Shown here one piece after another: positions 1-12,339 of a stretch of DNA of 64,000 nt. Position 1 is the first letter of the stretch, and each line of letters begins with the position of its first letter. The notes under the pieces were generated by a model, which was given only the letters and a program-made list of their open reading frames with translations, was not told the origin of the DNA and made no database searches. Both the position numbers and the translations under genes were made by a program. The stretch is from Arenimonas sp. (GTDB taxonomy: Bacteria; Pseudomonadota; Gammaproteobacteria; Xanthomonadales; Xanthomonadaceae), in NCBI RefSeq assembly GCF_035312645.1, contig NZ_DATGBO010000042.1:27701-91700 (forward strand). Direction: 5' to 3'.

Positions 1-342
1 GACTGGGCGCCGCACAAGATCCAGGGCTGGACGCCGGACTTCATTCCGTCCGTGCTCAATCGTGCGGTCGCCGACGAAATCCACCCCATCGATGACCTCA
101 GCGCCCGCGATACAGCTCGACGGCTCGCCGCAGAAGAAGGCGTATTCGTCGGTATCTCCGCCGGCGCGACCGTGGCTGCCGCGCTGCGCGTCGCCGAATC
201 CGCGGCGTCGGGCTCGGTGCTGCTGGCAATGCTGCCCGACACCGGCGAGCGCTACCTGAGCACCTTCCTGTTCGAGGGCATCAATGAAGGTTCCGATGAC
301 ACCTGGCTGGCGGAATTCGAAGCGGGGTCACTCGCGGCGTGA
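1..342 (+). CDS. cysK: Cysteine synthase A, 3' part (truncated by window start)
   Basis: Frame 1 reads ..[39 protein letters not shown], the CysK C-terminal motifs; next to cysD/cysNC. Confidence 0.88.
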   Translation, partial: DWAPHKIQGWTPDFIPSVLNRAVADEIHPIDDLSARDTARRLAAEEGVFVGISAGATVAAALRVAESAASGSVLLAMLPDTGERYLSTFLFEGINEGSDDTWLAEFEAGSLAA

Positions 343-351
343 GTCTCAGAT

Positions 352-429
352 CGTCATCCCGGCGCAGGCCGGGATCCATGCTGATCCCGCTGAAAAACCA
401 CAATGGGCTCCGGCTTTTCCGGGATGACG
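352..429. repeat. CGTC-type palindromic repeat doublet
   Basis: CGTCATCCCGGCGCAGGCCGGGATCCA ... TGGGCTCCGGCTTTTCCGGGATGACG inverted arms; related to 19453-19548. Confidence 0.75.
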
Positions 430-542
430 GATGCGGTGTTGCCCTGGCATCCATTTTGCCCGGGCGCGAATACAGGTCAAACTCCGCAAACAGAGGGCTG
501 CCGGCGCGAGCCGACAGGAAATTGTTTTTCACAAGGCGACCC

Positions 543-1475
543 ATGATGTCTGCGGCACCGGTGCAATCCTCTCTTCCCCCGCTTTCCAATCTCGACCACC
601 TCGAGGCCGAGAGCCTGCATATCCTTCGCGAGGTGGCGGCATCGTTCCAGCGACCGGTGGTGCTGTATTCGATCGGCAAGGATTCGTCGGTGCTGCTGCA
701 CCTGCTGCGCAAGGCATTTGCGCCGGCGCGGCCACCGATGCCCTTGCTGCATGTCGATACGACGTGGAAGTTCAAGGAGATGATCGCGTTCCGCGATGCG
801 CTGGTGGCGCAGTACGGGCTGGATCTGCGTGTACACATCAACCCCGACGGTGTTCGCGACGGCATCGGCCCGTTCACGCACGGCGCGGCGGTGCACACCG
901 ACGTGATGAAGACGCAGGCGCTCAAGCAGGCGCTGGATGCCGGCCGCTACGATGCCGCGATCGGCGGGGCGCGCCGCGACGAGGAAAAATCCCGCGCCAA
1001 GGAACGCGTGTTCTCGTTCCGTTCCGCGCAGCACCGCTGGGATCCAAAAGCGCAGCGTCCCGAATTGTGGCAGCTGTACAACACGCAGGTGCATGCTGGT
1101 GAGAGCGTGCGGGTGTTTCCGCTGTCGAACTGGACCGAGCTCGATATCTGGCGTTACATCGCCCGCGAAAACATCCCGGTGGTACCGCTGTATTTCGCCG
1201 CGCAGCGCCCTGTGGTGGAGCGCGACGGCGGCCTGATTCTGGTCGATGACGAGCGCCTGCCGCTGCGTCCGGGCGAAGTGCCGACGCTCAAATCCGTACG
1301 TTTCCGCACGCTGGGCTGCTACCCGCTCACGGGCGCGATCGAGTCGCACGCCGATACGCTCGAAGCGATCATCGACGAGATGCAGCACGCGCGCAGCTCC
1401 GAGCGCCAGGGCCGGCTGATCGACCACGACCCCAGTGCATCGATGGAGAAGAAGAAGCAGGAGGGATATTTCTGA
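543..1475 (+). CDS. cysD: Sulfate adenylyltransferase subunit 2
   Basis: [59 protein letters not shown]; start placed at ATG 543, not the ORF-track start 339. Confidence 0.95.
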   Translation: MMSAAPVQSSLPPLSNLDHLEAESLHILREVAASFQRPVVLYSIGKDSSVLLHLLRKAFAPARPPMPLLHVDTTWKFKEMIAFRDALVAQYGLDLRVHINPDGVRDGIGPFTHGAAVHTDVMKTQALKQALDAGRYDAAIGGARRDEEKSRAKERVFSFRSAQHRWDPKAQRPELWQLYNTQVHAGESVRVFPLSNWTELDIWRYIARENIPVVPLYFAAQRPVVERDGGLILVDDERLPLRPGEVPTLKSVRFRTLGCYPLTGAIESHADTLEAIIDEMQHARSSERQGRLIDHDPSASMEKKKQEGYF

Positions 1476-1495
1476 TGGCTTCTGCGTCTTCCCGG

Positions 1496-1597
1496 GTCGC
1501 GATTTACATCGCTCCTACAACGCGCGGTTTTCGTAGGAGCGATGGAAATCGCGACCTTCGTGGCATGGCGGAGAATCGCGACTTGCGTCGCCCCTGC
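1496..1597. repeat. GTAG-type REP cluster (three arms) between cysD and cysNC
   Basis: GTCGCGATTTACATCGCTCCTAC (1496-1518), GTAGGAGCGATGGAAATCGCGAC (1533-1555), degenerate TCGCGACTTGCGTCGCCCCTGC (1576-1597). Confidence 0.85.
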
Positions 1598-1608
1598 GGG
1601 GTAGCGCC

Positions 1609-3528
1609 ATGACTGCCGCCACCGACACGATCCCGCGCCTGCGCTTCATCACCTGCGGCAGCGTCGATGATGGCAAGAGCACGCTGATCGGGCGTCTGCT
1701 CTACGAGACGGGCGCGCTGTTCGATGATCAGCTCACCGCGCTCGCCGCCGACAGCCGTCGCCATGGCACGCAGGGCGCGAACATCGACTACGCGCTGCTG
1801 CTCGACGGCCTCGCCGCCGAGCGCGAGCAGGGCATCACCATCGATGTCGCATATCGCTACTTCCACACCGCGCGGCGCAGCTTCATCGTCGCCGACTGCC
1901 CCGGCCACGAGCAGTACACGCGCAACATGGCCACCGGCGCCTCCACCGCCGACCTGGCCGTCGTGCTGGTTGATGCCCGCAAAGGCCTGCTCCCGCAGAC
2001 GCGCCGGCACAGTTATCTGGTGCATCTTTTCGGCATCCGCCAGATCGTGCTGGCGGTGAACAAGATGGATCAGGTCGGATATTCGCAGGAGGTATTCGAT
2101 CGCATCGTCGCCGAGTACCAACAACTCGCCACGACGCTGGGCATTGATCACATCACCGCGCTTCCCGTCTCCGGCCTGGTCGGCGACAACGTCATCGCCG
2201 CTTCGGCGAACACGCCCTGGTACGGCGGCCCGAGCCTGCTTGCGCATCTGGAGAGCGTCGATCTTGATGCCCCGCGCAGGAGCGGCTTTAGCCGCGATCC
2301 CGCCTACGCGAAGCAAGAGGACGAAGGAGCACGGTCGCGGCTGAAGCCGCTCCTACAAGACACGCCCTTCCGCCTGCCGGTGCAATGGGTCTGCCGCCCC
2401 GATCAGGATTTTCGTGGTTTCACTGGGCAGGTCGCCGCAGGCACGGTCGCGGTCGGCGACGCCGTCGTCGTGTTGCCGGCGGGCAAGACCGCCAACGTCA
2501 CCCGCCTGCAGGTAGGCGAACAAATCATCGAGCGCGCGCAGGCCGGGCAATCGATCCTGCTGTGCCTGGATGCCGAGATCGATGTCAGCCGCGGCGATGT
2601 CATCGCCGCCGTTGCTGATCCACCCGCCGTCGCCGATCAGTTCGCCGTGCACCTGCTTTGGCTGCACGATGCGCCGTTGCTGCCCGGGCGCCGCTATGCG
2701 CTCAAGCTCGGCGCGCGCACCGTCAACGCCCAGGTCACCGAGATCAAGCACAAGATCGATGTGAACACGCAGGAGCATCTGGCTGCGACGCGACTGGAGC
2801 TCAACGAGATCGCGTACTGCAACCTCAGCCTCGACCAGGCGATCGCGTTCGAGTCCTTTGCCGACAACAGAACGCTGGGCAGTTTCATCCTGATCGACAA
2901 GCAGACGCTGGCCACCGTTGCCGGTGGCACCATCGATTTCGCGCTGCGCCGCTCCGCCAACGTGCACTGGCAGGCGCTGGCGGTCGATCAGGCGGCGCGC
3001 GCGAAGATCAAGCAGCAGACGCCGCGCTGCCTGTGGTTCACCGGCCTGTCGGGTTCGGGCAAATCGACGATCGCCAATCTGGTGGAAAAGCGCCTGCTAG
3101 CCGCCGGCCAGCACACGTATCTGCTCGATGGCGACAACCTGCGCCACGGCCTCAACCGCGACCTGGGTTTCCGCGACGAGGATCGCGTCGAGAACATCCG
3201 ACGCGTGGCCGAAGTGGCCAGGCTCATGGTCGATGCCGGCCTGATCGTGATCGTCAGCTTCATCTCGCCGTTCAAGGACGAGCGCCGCATGGCGCGCAAC
3301 CTGTTCAAGGAAGGCGAGTTCATCGAGGTCTTCGTCGATACCCCTCTCGCAGACTGCGAGCGCCGCGATGTCAAAGGCCTCTACGCCAAGGCCCGCGCTG
3401 GCCAGATCCCCAACTTCACCGGCATCGACTCGCCCTACGAACCGCCCGAGCATGCCGAGCTGGTGCTCGATACCTTGCAGCACACGCCGCAGCAGCTTGC
3501 CGAGATCGTGGCCCAGAAAGCCCTGTAG
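1609..3528 (+). CDS. cysNC: Bifunctional sulfate adenylyltransferase subunit 1 / adenylylsulfate kinase (CysN/CysC fusion)
   Basis: [54 protein letters not shown]; C-terminal kinase [36 protein letters not shown]. Confidence 0.95.
   Translation: MTAATDTIPRLRFITCGSVDDGKSTLIGRLLYETGALFDDQLTALAADSRRHGTQGANIDYALLLDGLAAEREQGITIDVAYRYFHTARRSFIVADCPGHEQYTRNMATGASTADLAVVLVDARKGLLPQTRRHSYLVHLFGIRQIVLAVNKMDQVGYSQEVFDRIVAEYQQLATTLGIDHITALPVSGLVGDNVIAASANTPWYGGPSLLAHLESVDLDAPRRSGFSRDPAYAKQEDEGARSRLKPLLQDTPFRLPVQWVCRPDQDFRGFTGQVAAGTVAVGDAVVVLPAGKTANVTRLQVGEQIIERAQAGQSILLCLDAEIDVSRGDVIAAVADPPAVADQFAVHLLWLHDAPLLPGRRYALKLGARTVNAQVTEIKHKIDVNTQEHLAATRLELNEIAYCNLSLDQAIAFESFADNRTLGSFILIDKQTLATVAGGTIDFALRRSANVHWQALAVDQAARAKIKQQTPRCLWFTGLSGSGKSTIANLVEKRLLAAGQHTYLLDGDNLRHGLNRDLGFRDEDRVENIRRVAEVARLMVDAGLIVIVSFISPFKDERRMARNLFKEGEFIEVFVDTPLADCERRDVKGLYAKARAGQIPNFTGIDSPYEPPEHAELVLDTLQHTPQQLAEIVAQKAL
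2276..2356. repeat. REP doublet inserted in frame within cysNC
   Basis: GCAGGAGCGGCTTTAGCCGCGA (2276-2297) and TCGCGGCTGAAGCCGCTCCTAC (2335-2356); 81 bp = 27 codons; same class as intergenic 29588-29653. Confidence 0.88.
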
Positions 3529-3635
3529 GAGCGATGGCAATCGCGACTCCGCCGCACACCGGTCGCGATTGCCATCGCTCCTACAAAAAAATTGCGGGTT
3601 GATCGCGACAACGTCGCGGCTTACGCCGCTCCTAC
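3525..3635. repeat. GTAG-type REP doublet plus solo arm; left arm provides the cysNC stop codon
   Basis: GTAGGAGCGATGGCAATCGCGAC..GTCGCGATTGCCATCGCTCCTAC (3525-3584) and TCGCGGCTTACGCCGCTCCTAC (3614-3635). Confidence 0.88.
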
Positions 3636-3639
3636 AAGA

Positions 3640-4326
3640 TCACGCCGGCAACGACCAATCGATCAGCGCGCGTTGGCGACCTTGCAGCCAGCGATTGGCA
3701 GCGGAGAAATGGCCGCAGCCGATGAAGCCGCGATGCGCGGACAACGGCGACGGGTGCGGCGCACGCAACACGCAATGCCGGCGCGTGTCGATGATCTTGC
3801 CCTTGGCCTGCGCGTAGCTGCCCCAGAGCATGAACACCAGGCCTTCGCGTTCGCGATCCAAGGTTTCGACGATGTGGTCGGTGAAACCTTCCCAACCTTT
3901 GCCCTGATGCGCGCCGGCGCGACCGGCTTCGACGGTGAGCACGGCGTTGAGCAGCAGCACGCCCTGCTGCGCCCAGGGCATCAGATAACCATGCTTCGGA
4001 CGCGGCAGGCCGAGGTCGCGTTCGATTTCCTTGAAGATGTTGAGCAGCGACGGCGGCACGTCCACGCCCGGCGCGACGGAAAAACACAGGCCATGCGCCT
4101 GTCCCGGCCCGTGATACGGATCCTGGCCGAGGATCACCACGTTGGTCGCATCGAACGGCGTGGCGTCCAGCGCCGCGAAAATCTGCGGCCCGGGTGGATA
4201 GATGCGTTTGCCCTGCGCTTTTTCGCTGCGCAGAAATTCCGCCAGCGCGCGCATTTCCGGTCGCAACAGATAATCGCCGACGCGGGATTTCCAGGAGGGT
4301 TCGAGCTTGATGGTGTCGGTGGCCAT
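3640..4326 (-). CDS. ung: Uracil-DNA glycosylase (family 1)
   Basis: [54 protein letters not shown]. Confidence 0.96.
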   Translation of the reverse strand: MATDTIKLEPSWKSRVGDYLLRPEMRALAEFLRSEKAQGKRIYPPGPQIFAALDATPFDATNVVILGQDPYHGPGQAHGLCFSVAPGVDVPPSLLNIFKEIERDLGLPRPKHGYLMPWAQQGVLLLNAVLTVEAGRAGAHQGKGWEGFTDHIVETLDREREGLVFMLWGSYAQAKGKIIDTRRHCVLRAPHPSPLSAHRGFIGCGHFSAANRWLQGRQRALIDWSLPA

Positions 4327-4402
4327 GCGATGCATCACGCGCGAATAATCCGGCCATCACTCGAAGGAATTCGGAATGACGTTCGGCAAGGACGAAAGTT
4401 TT

Positions 4403-5260
4403 TTACTGCGCTGCGTCCTGCTTGGCCAGCTTCTGCCGCAGCAACCGCCCTACGCGCAACTGGAACAGCAGCTTGGTGACCAGCAGGCGCTCCTCGATGG
4501 GCTTTTGCACGAGGTCGTTGGCACCGGCGCGCAGCAGGTCGGTCTGGTTGGCGGGATTGGCATCGCCGGTCATCACCAGCACGGGTAGCAGGCCCTTGGG
4601 GTAACCGAAATCGCGGCGGATCGAATGCACCAGATCCTTGCCGGTGAGTTCGCCTTTCAGATAGACGTCGGTGAGCACGACATCGGGGCCGGGAATCTTG
4701 CCCTGTGCCTTCATCGTTTCCAGATGCGCGATCGCATCCTCGACGCCGGTGGAATGGATCACCGTCAGGCCATGCTTTTCCAGCATGCGCCGGGTCGCGA
4801 CGGCGACGACGCGGCTGTCCTCGACGTACAACACTTCGCCGCCTTTTTCCGATTCCGGCGCGACGTAGCCCTTGATGAACGCGGCGAGCGCGTTGAAGCC
4901 CAGCGACTTGTCGAAATAATCGGTGACATCGTCGCTGATGCTGCGCGTCTCCAGACGTTCCTGCACGTCGCCGGAGACCACAATGATCGGGATGTAGGCC
5001 TGCGGCGTGTGGTCGCGGATGTGCTTGGCGAGTTCCAAGCCGTCGATGTCCGACAGGCGCAGCGCGGTGGTGACCAGGCTGATGCTGCCGGTCTGCAACG
5101 CGGCCTTGGCTTCGCCGCCGGTTTCGCAGCCGACGAATTCCATGTCCGGCAACTGCTGGCGCAGCACGCCCTCGATCATCTTGCGGACAACCTTCGAACC
5201 GTCGACCACCATGATGCGGGGCGACGTGGTGTCGGCGAGTCGGAAGCCGGGGCTGCTCAT
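4403..5260 (-). CDS. Response regulator made of two receiver-type domains, no output domain
   Basis: IMVVDGSKVVRKMI..DGLEL..IIVVSGD..YFDKS and VLYVEDS..VVLTDVYL..VLVMTGD..GANDLVQKP. Confidence 0.85.
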   Translation of the reverse strand: MSSPGFRLADTTSPRIMVVDGSKVVRKMIEGVLRQQLPDMEFVGCETGGEAKAALQTGSISLVTTALRLSDIDGLELAKHIRDHTPQAYIPIIVVSGDVQERLETRSISDDVTDYFDKSLGFNALAAFIKGYVAPESEKGGEVLYVEDSRVVAVATRRMLEKHGLTVIHSTGVEDAIAHLETMKAQGKIPGPDVVLTDVYLKGELTGKDLVHSIRRDFGYPKGLLPVLVMTGDANPANQTDLLRAGANDLVQKPIEERLLVTKLLFQLRVGRLLRQKLAKQDAAQ

Positions 5261-5281
5261 CGGGACTGGCTCAAGGGAACC

Positions 5282-6274
5282 TCATATCTCGGTAGGTCGA
5301 GTCTGCCTCAGATGATGGCCGGTGGCGAGCCACGCGCCGAACCAGCCGATCGCCGTGGCGCCAGCGAGCACCAGCCCGATCCCCGGCAAACCCGGGCCAT
5401 CGAGCTGGAAGTGGCTACCGTAACTGGCAATCAGCGCGGAAAGCTTCGGCTGCATCACAACTCCGGCGATCGCCAGCAGGCCCAGGGCCAAGGCGCCCGA
5501 AGCCAGTCCATACCAGGCGCCGAGATAGATGAAGGGCCGACGCACGAAGCCATCGGTGGCGCCGAGCTGCTGCAGGATGCCGATTTCCTCGCGACGCGCA
5601 CCGATATCCAGACGCACGGTGTTGCCGACCACCAGCAACACGCCGAGACCAAGCAGCGCCGCGATCACCCACATCAGGCGTTCGCCGAACGCCAACCACG
5701 CCGACAGCCGCTGCCGCCAGACTGCATCGTGCTGCACCGTTGCTATTTCCGGGCGCTGCTTCAGCGCCTCCGCCAACGCGGCGCCATCGTCGCGCGGCTG
5801 CACGATCAGCACGGTCGGCAACGGATTCTCGCCCAACGTGTCGAGCGCGCCGGCGAGATCGCTCATCTGCCGGAATTCCGCCAGGCCTTGCTCGGGCGTC
5901 TTCACAGTGACGGCGGCGACGTCGGGGCGTGCGCGCAATTCGTCGGCGATGCGCGCGGCCTGTGCGGCATCGACTTCCATGTTGAGAAACACACCGATCT
6001 CGCGCGACTCGCGCACACTGCCGGAGAAACGTTCGATGTTCGCCAGCCCCAACCCCAACCCGAGCGGTAGCGCGATCGCCACCGCCATCACGCCGACGGT
6101 GAGCAAGGTCGCGAACGGGCGCTGGAAAAAACGGCCGAGACTCGACACCAGCGAATACGCATGCTGCTGTCGCCAGGCGCGAAAACGCTTGCCGATGCCG
6201 CCTTCGCTCAGGCGCGCGGCCCTGGGTTTATTGCGGACATCTTTTTTTTGCGGTTCGGCTTTCGCGGCGCTCAC
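5282..6274 (-). CDS. ftsX: Cell division ABC permease FtsX
   Basis: Membrane protein overlapping ftsE; VGNTVRLDIGARREEIGILQQLGATDGFVRRPFIYLG. Confidence 0.9.
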   Translation of the reverse strand: MSAAKAEPQKKDVRNKPRAARLSEGGIGKRFRAWRQQHAYSLVSSLGRFFQRPFATLLTVGVMAVAIALPLGLGLGLANIERFSGSVRESREIGVFLNMEVDAAQAARIADELRARPDVAAVTVKTPEQGLAEFRQMSDLAGALDTLGENPLPTVLIVQPRDDGAALAEALKQRPEIATVQHDAVWRQRLSAWLAFGERLMWVIAALLGLGVLLVVGNTVRLDIGARREEIGILQQLGATDGFVRRPFIYLGAWYGLASGALALGLLAIAGVVMQPKLSALIASYGSHFQLDGPGLPGIGLVLAGATAIGWFGAWLATGHHLRQTRPTEI

Positions 6275-6957
6275 GAGGCGAGATCCTCGGGGGAAATATC
6301 GTCGCCGAGTTTGCCGTGACTGAGCACGAGCACGCGCTTGCGCATGCGCTTGACCAGGGCGAGATCGTGACTGGCGATCAGCACGGTGGTGCCCAGCGCC
6401 GGCAGCGCGGCGAAATGCTGCATGATTTCTGCGGCAAGCGTGGGGTCGAGATTTCCGGTGGGTTCGTCGGCAACCAGAAGCCGTGGTTGCGCGGCGATCG
6501 CACGGGCGATGCCGACGCGTTGCTGTTCGCCGGTAGACAATTCGCCGGGGCGGGATTTCTCGCGTGCGCCGAGCCCGACTTTTTCCAGCGTCACGCGTAC
6601 GCGCTTGCCGACTTCCGCCGATGGCGTACCGGCGATCAGCAACGGCAGCGCGACGTTGTCGAACACGCTGCGATCCATCAGCAGGCGGTGATCCTGATAG
6701 ACCACGCCGACGCGGCGGCGATGCAGTGGCACCTGCCGGCCGCGCACTTTTGCGAGATTGCGATCATCGACCAGCACGGCGCCGCGGGTCGGGCGCTCGC
6801 TGAGATGGATGAGCTTGAGCAAGGTGCTTTTGCCGGCGCCGGAATGACCGGTGACGAAAAGCATCTCACCTTCATCGACCGAGAAACTGAGCTCGGTCAG
6901 CGCGGTGTGGCCGCCGGGATAACTCTTGGTGACGCCATCGAAGCGCAGCAGGGTCAT
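6271..6957 (-). CDS. ftsE: Cell division ATP-binding protein FtsE
   Basis: FVTGHSGAGKSTLLKLI, GVVYQDHRLL, LSTGEQQRVGIARA, LVADEPTGNLD. Confidence 0.93.
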   Translation of the reverse strand: MTLLRFDGVTKSYPGGHTALTELSFSVDEGEMLFVTGHSGAGKSTLLKLIHLSERPTRGAVLVDDRNLAKVRGRQVPLHRRRVGVVYQDHRLLMDRSVFDNVALPLLIAGTPSAEVGKRVRVTLEKVGLGAREKSRPGELSTGEQQRVGIARAIAAQPRLLVADEPTGNLDPTLAAEIMQHFAALPALGTTVLIASHDLALVKRMRKRVLVLSHGKLGDDISPEDLAS

Positions 6958-7008
6958 GGGCCGTCCGGTTGCCATCGGTGATCAGCAGTCTAGCCGCTTG
7001 TTTCTTCC

Positions 7009-7069
7009 GTGGGAGCGCTCATGAGCGCGAATGCTCTTTCAAAAGCCTTCGCGACCAGAGCGCTCCTGC
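7009..7069. repeat. Degenerate GT(A/G)G-type REP doublet
   Basis: GTGGGAGCGCTCATGAGCGCGA..TCGCGACCAGAGCGCTCCTGC, downstream of rhlB. Confidence 0.7.
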
Positions 7070-7076
7070 GCAGGCA

Positions 7077-8771
<1,695 letters not shown>

Positions 8772-8944
8772 TTGGTCTCATTCGCGCGGTCTTGCCGCGC
8801 TTGCGCGTGTCGCGCTGGGGTCGCAAACTGCGACGATGCTTCGGACGGGGTCGCCGGCTTGGTTTTCGGCTGTGGAACCCCCAGTTTAGCTCAATCGACG
8901 GTCAGACCCGATCGTCTTCTTCGATAAGAATCAGGAGTTTCCCC

Positions 8945-9277
8945 GTGAGTGACCAGGTACAGCAGGTTGGCGACAGCGATTTCGAGGCCCAGGTCCTGAA
9001 GTCCGATACCCCGGTGCTGGTGGATTTCTGGGCCCCGTGGTGCGGCCCCTGCAAGATGATCGGCCCGCTGGTCGACGAACTCGCCGGCAGCTATGCCGGC
9101 AAGGTCAAGGTGGTCAAGCTCAATATCGACGACAACCAGACCAGCCCGCGCAACTACGCGGTGCGTGGCATCCCGACCCTGATCCTGTTCAAGGACGGCA
9201 AGCCTTTCGGCACCCAGATCGGCGCGCCCGGCGACATCAAGCAGCGTCTGGTCAAGCTGATCGAATCCGGCCTCTGA
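8945..9277 (+). CDS. trxA: Thioredoxin 1
   Basis: [25 protein letters not shown]; GTG start at 8945. Confidence 0.95.
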   Translation: MSDQVQQVGDSDFEAQVLKSDTPVLVDFWAPWCGPCKMIGPLVDELAGSYAGKVKVVKLNIDDNQTSPRNYAVRGIPTLILFKDGKPFGTQIGAPGDIKQRLVKLIESGL

Positions 9278-9458
9278 GCCCGGATGATTCACCTTCGCGA
9301 CCGGCCCTGCGGGGTCGGCGCGATGAACCCGTGATTCAGCGCCGGCTTGTGGTCTGCCCGCAGCCGGTGTTAGCGTAAGTCCCAGCAAGGTGCCCACGGC
9401 ACTGCTCCTTCTGCACCATCTCCTTTCTTCCCCCTGACTCGCATTCGCGAGGAACTCT

Positions 9459-11234
9459 GTGTCCGACAACGAGACCGATACCGGCAGTCCTGCCGTGAAA
9501 GCCCCGCGCAAACCGCGCGGACCCAACAAACCACGCACTGCCGATGACGCCGCCGCTCCTGCGGCCGCTCCCGCGCCTGTCGCCGAGGCTTACGTCCCGG
9601 CTGCGCCGGTCGCGCCGCGACAGCAGGAAGCGAACGCCGACGCCGGCCAGCAACCGCGCCCGCAGGGTAGCCAGTACGGCGGTGCGGCCCAGGGCGAAAG
9701 CCAGGGTCAGAACCAGAACGCGGGCCAGCCGCAGGAGCCCCGCGAGGGCGGCCAGAATGCAGGCCAGGGCGGCAGCGAGGAAGGCGGTTTCCAGAACCGT
9801 AACCGCAATCGCCGCGACCGCTTCCGCGACCGCTTCAAGGATCGCGATCGCAATCGCCCCGCCGGCGAGGAAGGCGGCGACAGCAACGCCGGCAACAACG
9901 ACCGCGGCGATCGCCCCGATCGTCCGCAGCAGGGCTATCAACCGCCGCAGTTGCCGCCGGATTTCCCCAGCTACACGCTGACCGATCTCAAGCGCATGCC
10001 TGCGCACAAATTGCTGGAGATGGCGGAAACGCTGAACCTGCACGAAGGCGTGGCGCGCATGCGCAAGCAGGACGTCACGTTCGCGCTGTTGAAGGTGCTG
10101 ACCCGCCATCCAAACGGTGTCGCCGGCGACGGCGTGCTGGAAATCCTGCCCGATGGCTACGGCTTCCTGCGCAGCGCCGATGCCAGCTATCTCGCCGGCC
10201 CGGATGACGTGTACATCTCGCCCAGCCAGATCCGCCGTTTCAACCTGCGCACCGGCGATGAAATCTCCGGCCGCATCCGCAGCCCGAAAGACGGCGAGCG
10301 TTACGTCGCGCTCAACATCGTCGACACGATCAACGGCGAGCCGCCGGAAGCGTCGAAAGGCAAGGTGCTGTTCGAAAACCTGACGCCGCTGTTCCCGCGC
10401 AAGCGCTTCACGCTTGAGCGCGGCAATGGCTCGTCGGAAGACATCACCGGCCGCATCATGGATTTGATGGCGCCGCAGGGCAAAGGCCAGCGCGCGCTGA
10501 TCGTCTCGCCGCCGAAAGCCGGCAAGACGATGCTCATGCAGAACGTCGCCCAGGCAATCATCCACAACCATCCCGAGACGCACCTGATCGTGCTGCTGAT
10601 CGACGAGCGCCCGGAAGAAGTGACGGAAATGCAGCGCACCGTGCGCGGCGAAGTCATTTCGTCGACGTTCGACGAACCGGCTGCGCGCCACGTGCAGGTC
10701 GCCGAAATGGTGATCGAGCGCGCCAAACGCCTGGTCGAGCACAAGAAAGACGTGGTGATCATGCTCGACTCGATCACCCGCCTCGCCCGCGCCTACAACA
10801 TGGTCGTGCCGAGTTCGGGCAAGGTCCTGTCCGGCGGCGTCGACGCCAACGCGCTGCATCGTCCGAAGCGTTTCTTCGGCGCGGCGCGCAATGTCGAGGA
10901 AGGCGGTTCGCTGACGATTATTGCGACGGCGCTGGTCGACACCGGCTCGAAGATGGACGAGGTGATCTACGAAGAGTTCAAGGGCACCGGCAACAGCGAA
11001 GTGCACCTGGACCGCCGCATCGCCGAAAAACGCGTCTACCCGGCGATCAACATCAACCGCTCCGGCACGCGCCGCGAAGAGTTGCTGATCGAGCCGGACA
11101 TGCTGCAGAAGATCTGGATCCTGCGCAAACTCCTGCACCCGATGGACGAGCTGTCGGCGATGGAATTCCTGCTCGACAAGATGAAGACCAGCAAGTCCAA
11201 CGACGAGTTCTTCCAGAGCATGAAACGCAGCTGA
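9459..11234 (+). CDS. rho: Transcription termination factor Rho with long N-terminal low-complexity extension
   Basis: [64 protein letters not shown]. Confidence 0.96.
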   Translation: MSDNETDTGSPAVKAPRKPRGPNKPRTADDAAAPAAAPAPVAEAYVPAAPVAPRQQEANADAGQQPRPQGSQYGGAAQGESQGQNQNAGQPQEPREGGQNAGQGGSEEGGFQNRNRNRRDRFRDRFKDRDRNRPAGEEGGDSNAGNNDRGDRPDRPQQGYQPPQLPPDFPSYTLTDLKRMPAHKLLEMAETLNLHEGVARMRKQDVTFALLKVLTRHPNGVAGDGVLEILPDGYGFLRSADASYLAGPDDVYISPSQIRRFNLRTGDEISGRIRSPKDGERYVALNIVDTINGEPPEASKGKVLFENLTPLFPRKRFTLERGNGSSEDITGRIMDLMAPQGKGQRALIVSPPKAGKTMLMQNVAQAIIHNHPETHLIVLLIDERPEEVTEMQRTVRGEVISSTFDEPAARHVQVAEMVIERAKRLVEHKKDVVIMLDSITRLARAYNMVVPSSGKVLSGGVDANALHRPKRFFGAARNVEEGGSLTIIATALVDTGSKMDEVIYEEFKGTGNSEVHLDRRIAEKRVYPAININRSGTRREELLIEPDMLQKIWILRKLLHPMDELSAMEFLLDKMKTSKSNDEFFQSMKRS

Positions 11235-11252
11235 TTTCTCGCTGTGTCGATC

Positions 11253-11282
11253 AAAAAAACGCCGGCGTAAGCCGGCGTTTTT
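11253..11282. terminator. Bidirectional intrinsic terminator
   Basis: AAAAAAACGCCGGCGTAAGCCGGCGTTTTT between convergent genes. Confidence 0.85.
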
Positions 11283-11312
11283 CATTTCATCGATGTCTCC
11301 GGCGAAATGCGC

Positions 11313-12224
11313 CTACATGATCACCGTGCCGACGACGTCGGTTTCCAGCCGGATGCTGCTGGCCAGCGGCAGCACCTCGCCGTTGACCGTGTCCGATGCG
11401 CCGATGCGCTGCAGCTCCGGATTGGGTTTGAGCCAGTCCATCTCACGGCGTTGACCCCGCACTTCGGTGCGCCACTGGCCGGGCACGCTCTCCTCGGAAC
11501 TCCCGCTTGGCAGAAAAACGATCGGCACGGTGATCGTGTGGTGTCCCGCATCTTCCTTCGCGAAACCCGCAGGCACCTCGAATCGCCAGGTCCTCGCGGC
11601 CCGCAGGGCGGACTGCTCCAACGTCGCGACGGCTTGGCCCAGAACTTTGGGCGCACCACTCACGTCGCGCAGGATCGTCTGCACCGCAACCACGTCCTCG
11701 ACGCGACCATCGTTGCCCACTTTCAGACCGAGCAGTACGAGACCGCCAATGTTGAGTCGCTCGAGGCCGATGGGATACTGCGGTGGCACCAATCGCTTCG
11801 CGGCAATGCTGGCGAGCGCTGCGGCAGGCTTGCCCGGATCTTTTTCATCGCCCGTGAAAATCACGTTGTCGACCCTGATCTGGTACTTCTCGCCGAGTTT
11901 TGTAGCAGACAGCGTGATGCGCATGCGCGTATTGATCGGCATCACCGGGCCTGCGCTCGGCGTCCGGATGAAACGCCACTGCCGCACGATCCGATCGAGA
12001 TTGTTGCGCAGGCTGTCAGGCACCGGCGTTTCCATCCGGAAATCGGTCAGGCCGCCATTCGTATCGATCGAAACCACGCTGTCGACCTGCATGGTCAACA
12101 CCGATTCCAGGCCCTCGACCGGCACGATGGAGTGATAGTCCGGAGGAGGTGTATTCGCGCCGGCCCCGCTGGTCAGAGCGACTCCACCCACGCAAAACAA
12201 CAGCAGGAAAGCCAAACGACGCAT
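11313..12224 (-). CDS. Secreted/periplasmic energy-transducer TonB C-terminal-like protein
   Basis: N-terminal signal MRRLAFLLLFCVGG; PPQYP..GLVLLGLKVGNDGRVEDV..ALRAARTWRF resembles TonB_C. Confidence 0.6.
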   Translation of the reverse strand: MRRLAFLLLFCVGGVALTSGAGANTPPPDYHSIVPVEGLESVLTMQVDSVVSIDTNGGLTDFRMETPVPDSLRNNLDRIVRQWRFIRTPSAGPVMPINTRMRITLSATKLGEKYQIRVDNVIFTGDEKDPGKPAAALASIAAKRLVPPQYPIGLERLNIGGLVLLGLKVGNDGRVEDVVAVQTILRDVSGAPKVLGQAVATLEQSALRAARTWRFEVPAGFAKEDAGHHTITVPIVFLPSGSSEESVPGQWRTEVRGQRREMDWLKPNPELQRIGASDTVNGEVLPLASSIRLETDVVGTVIM

Positions 12225-12339
12225 CACGGCACCTCGAAAACAATTGAGCAGGCGGCAAGGGTATCCGAGGACTCCCTCGGGTCCAACTGCGTGTTCGCGC
12301 GGAGCCCGTGCATAATCCCCGCATCGACGCGAGGTGGAC

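Noticed and set aside
339-542. ORF-track N-terminal extensions (cysD from 339; also trxA 8756, S9 peptidase 23183, kinase 36664, RDD 52312)
   Set aside because: They run through repeats or promoters; family homology and RBS placement favour downstream starts.
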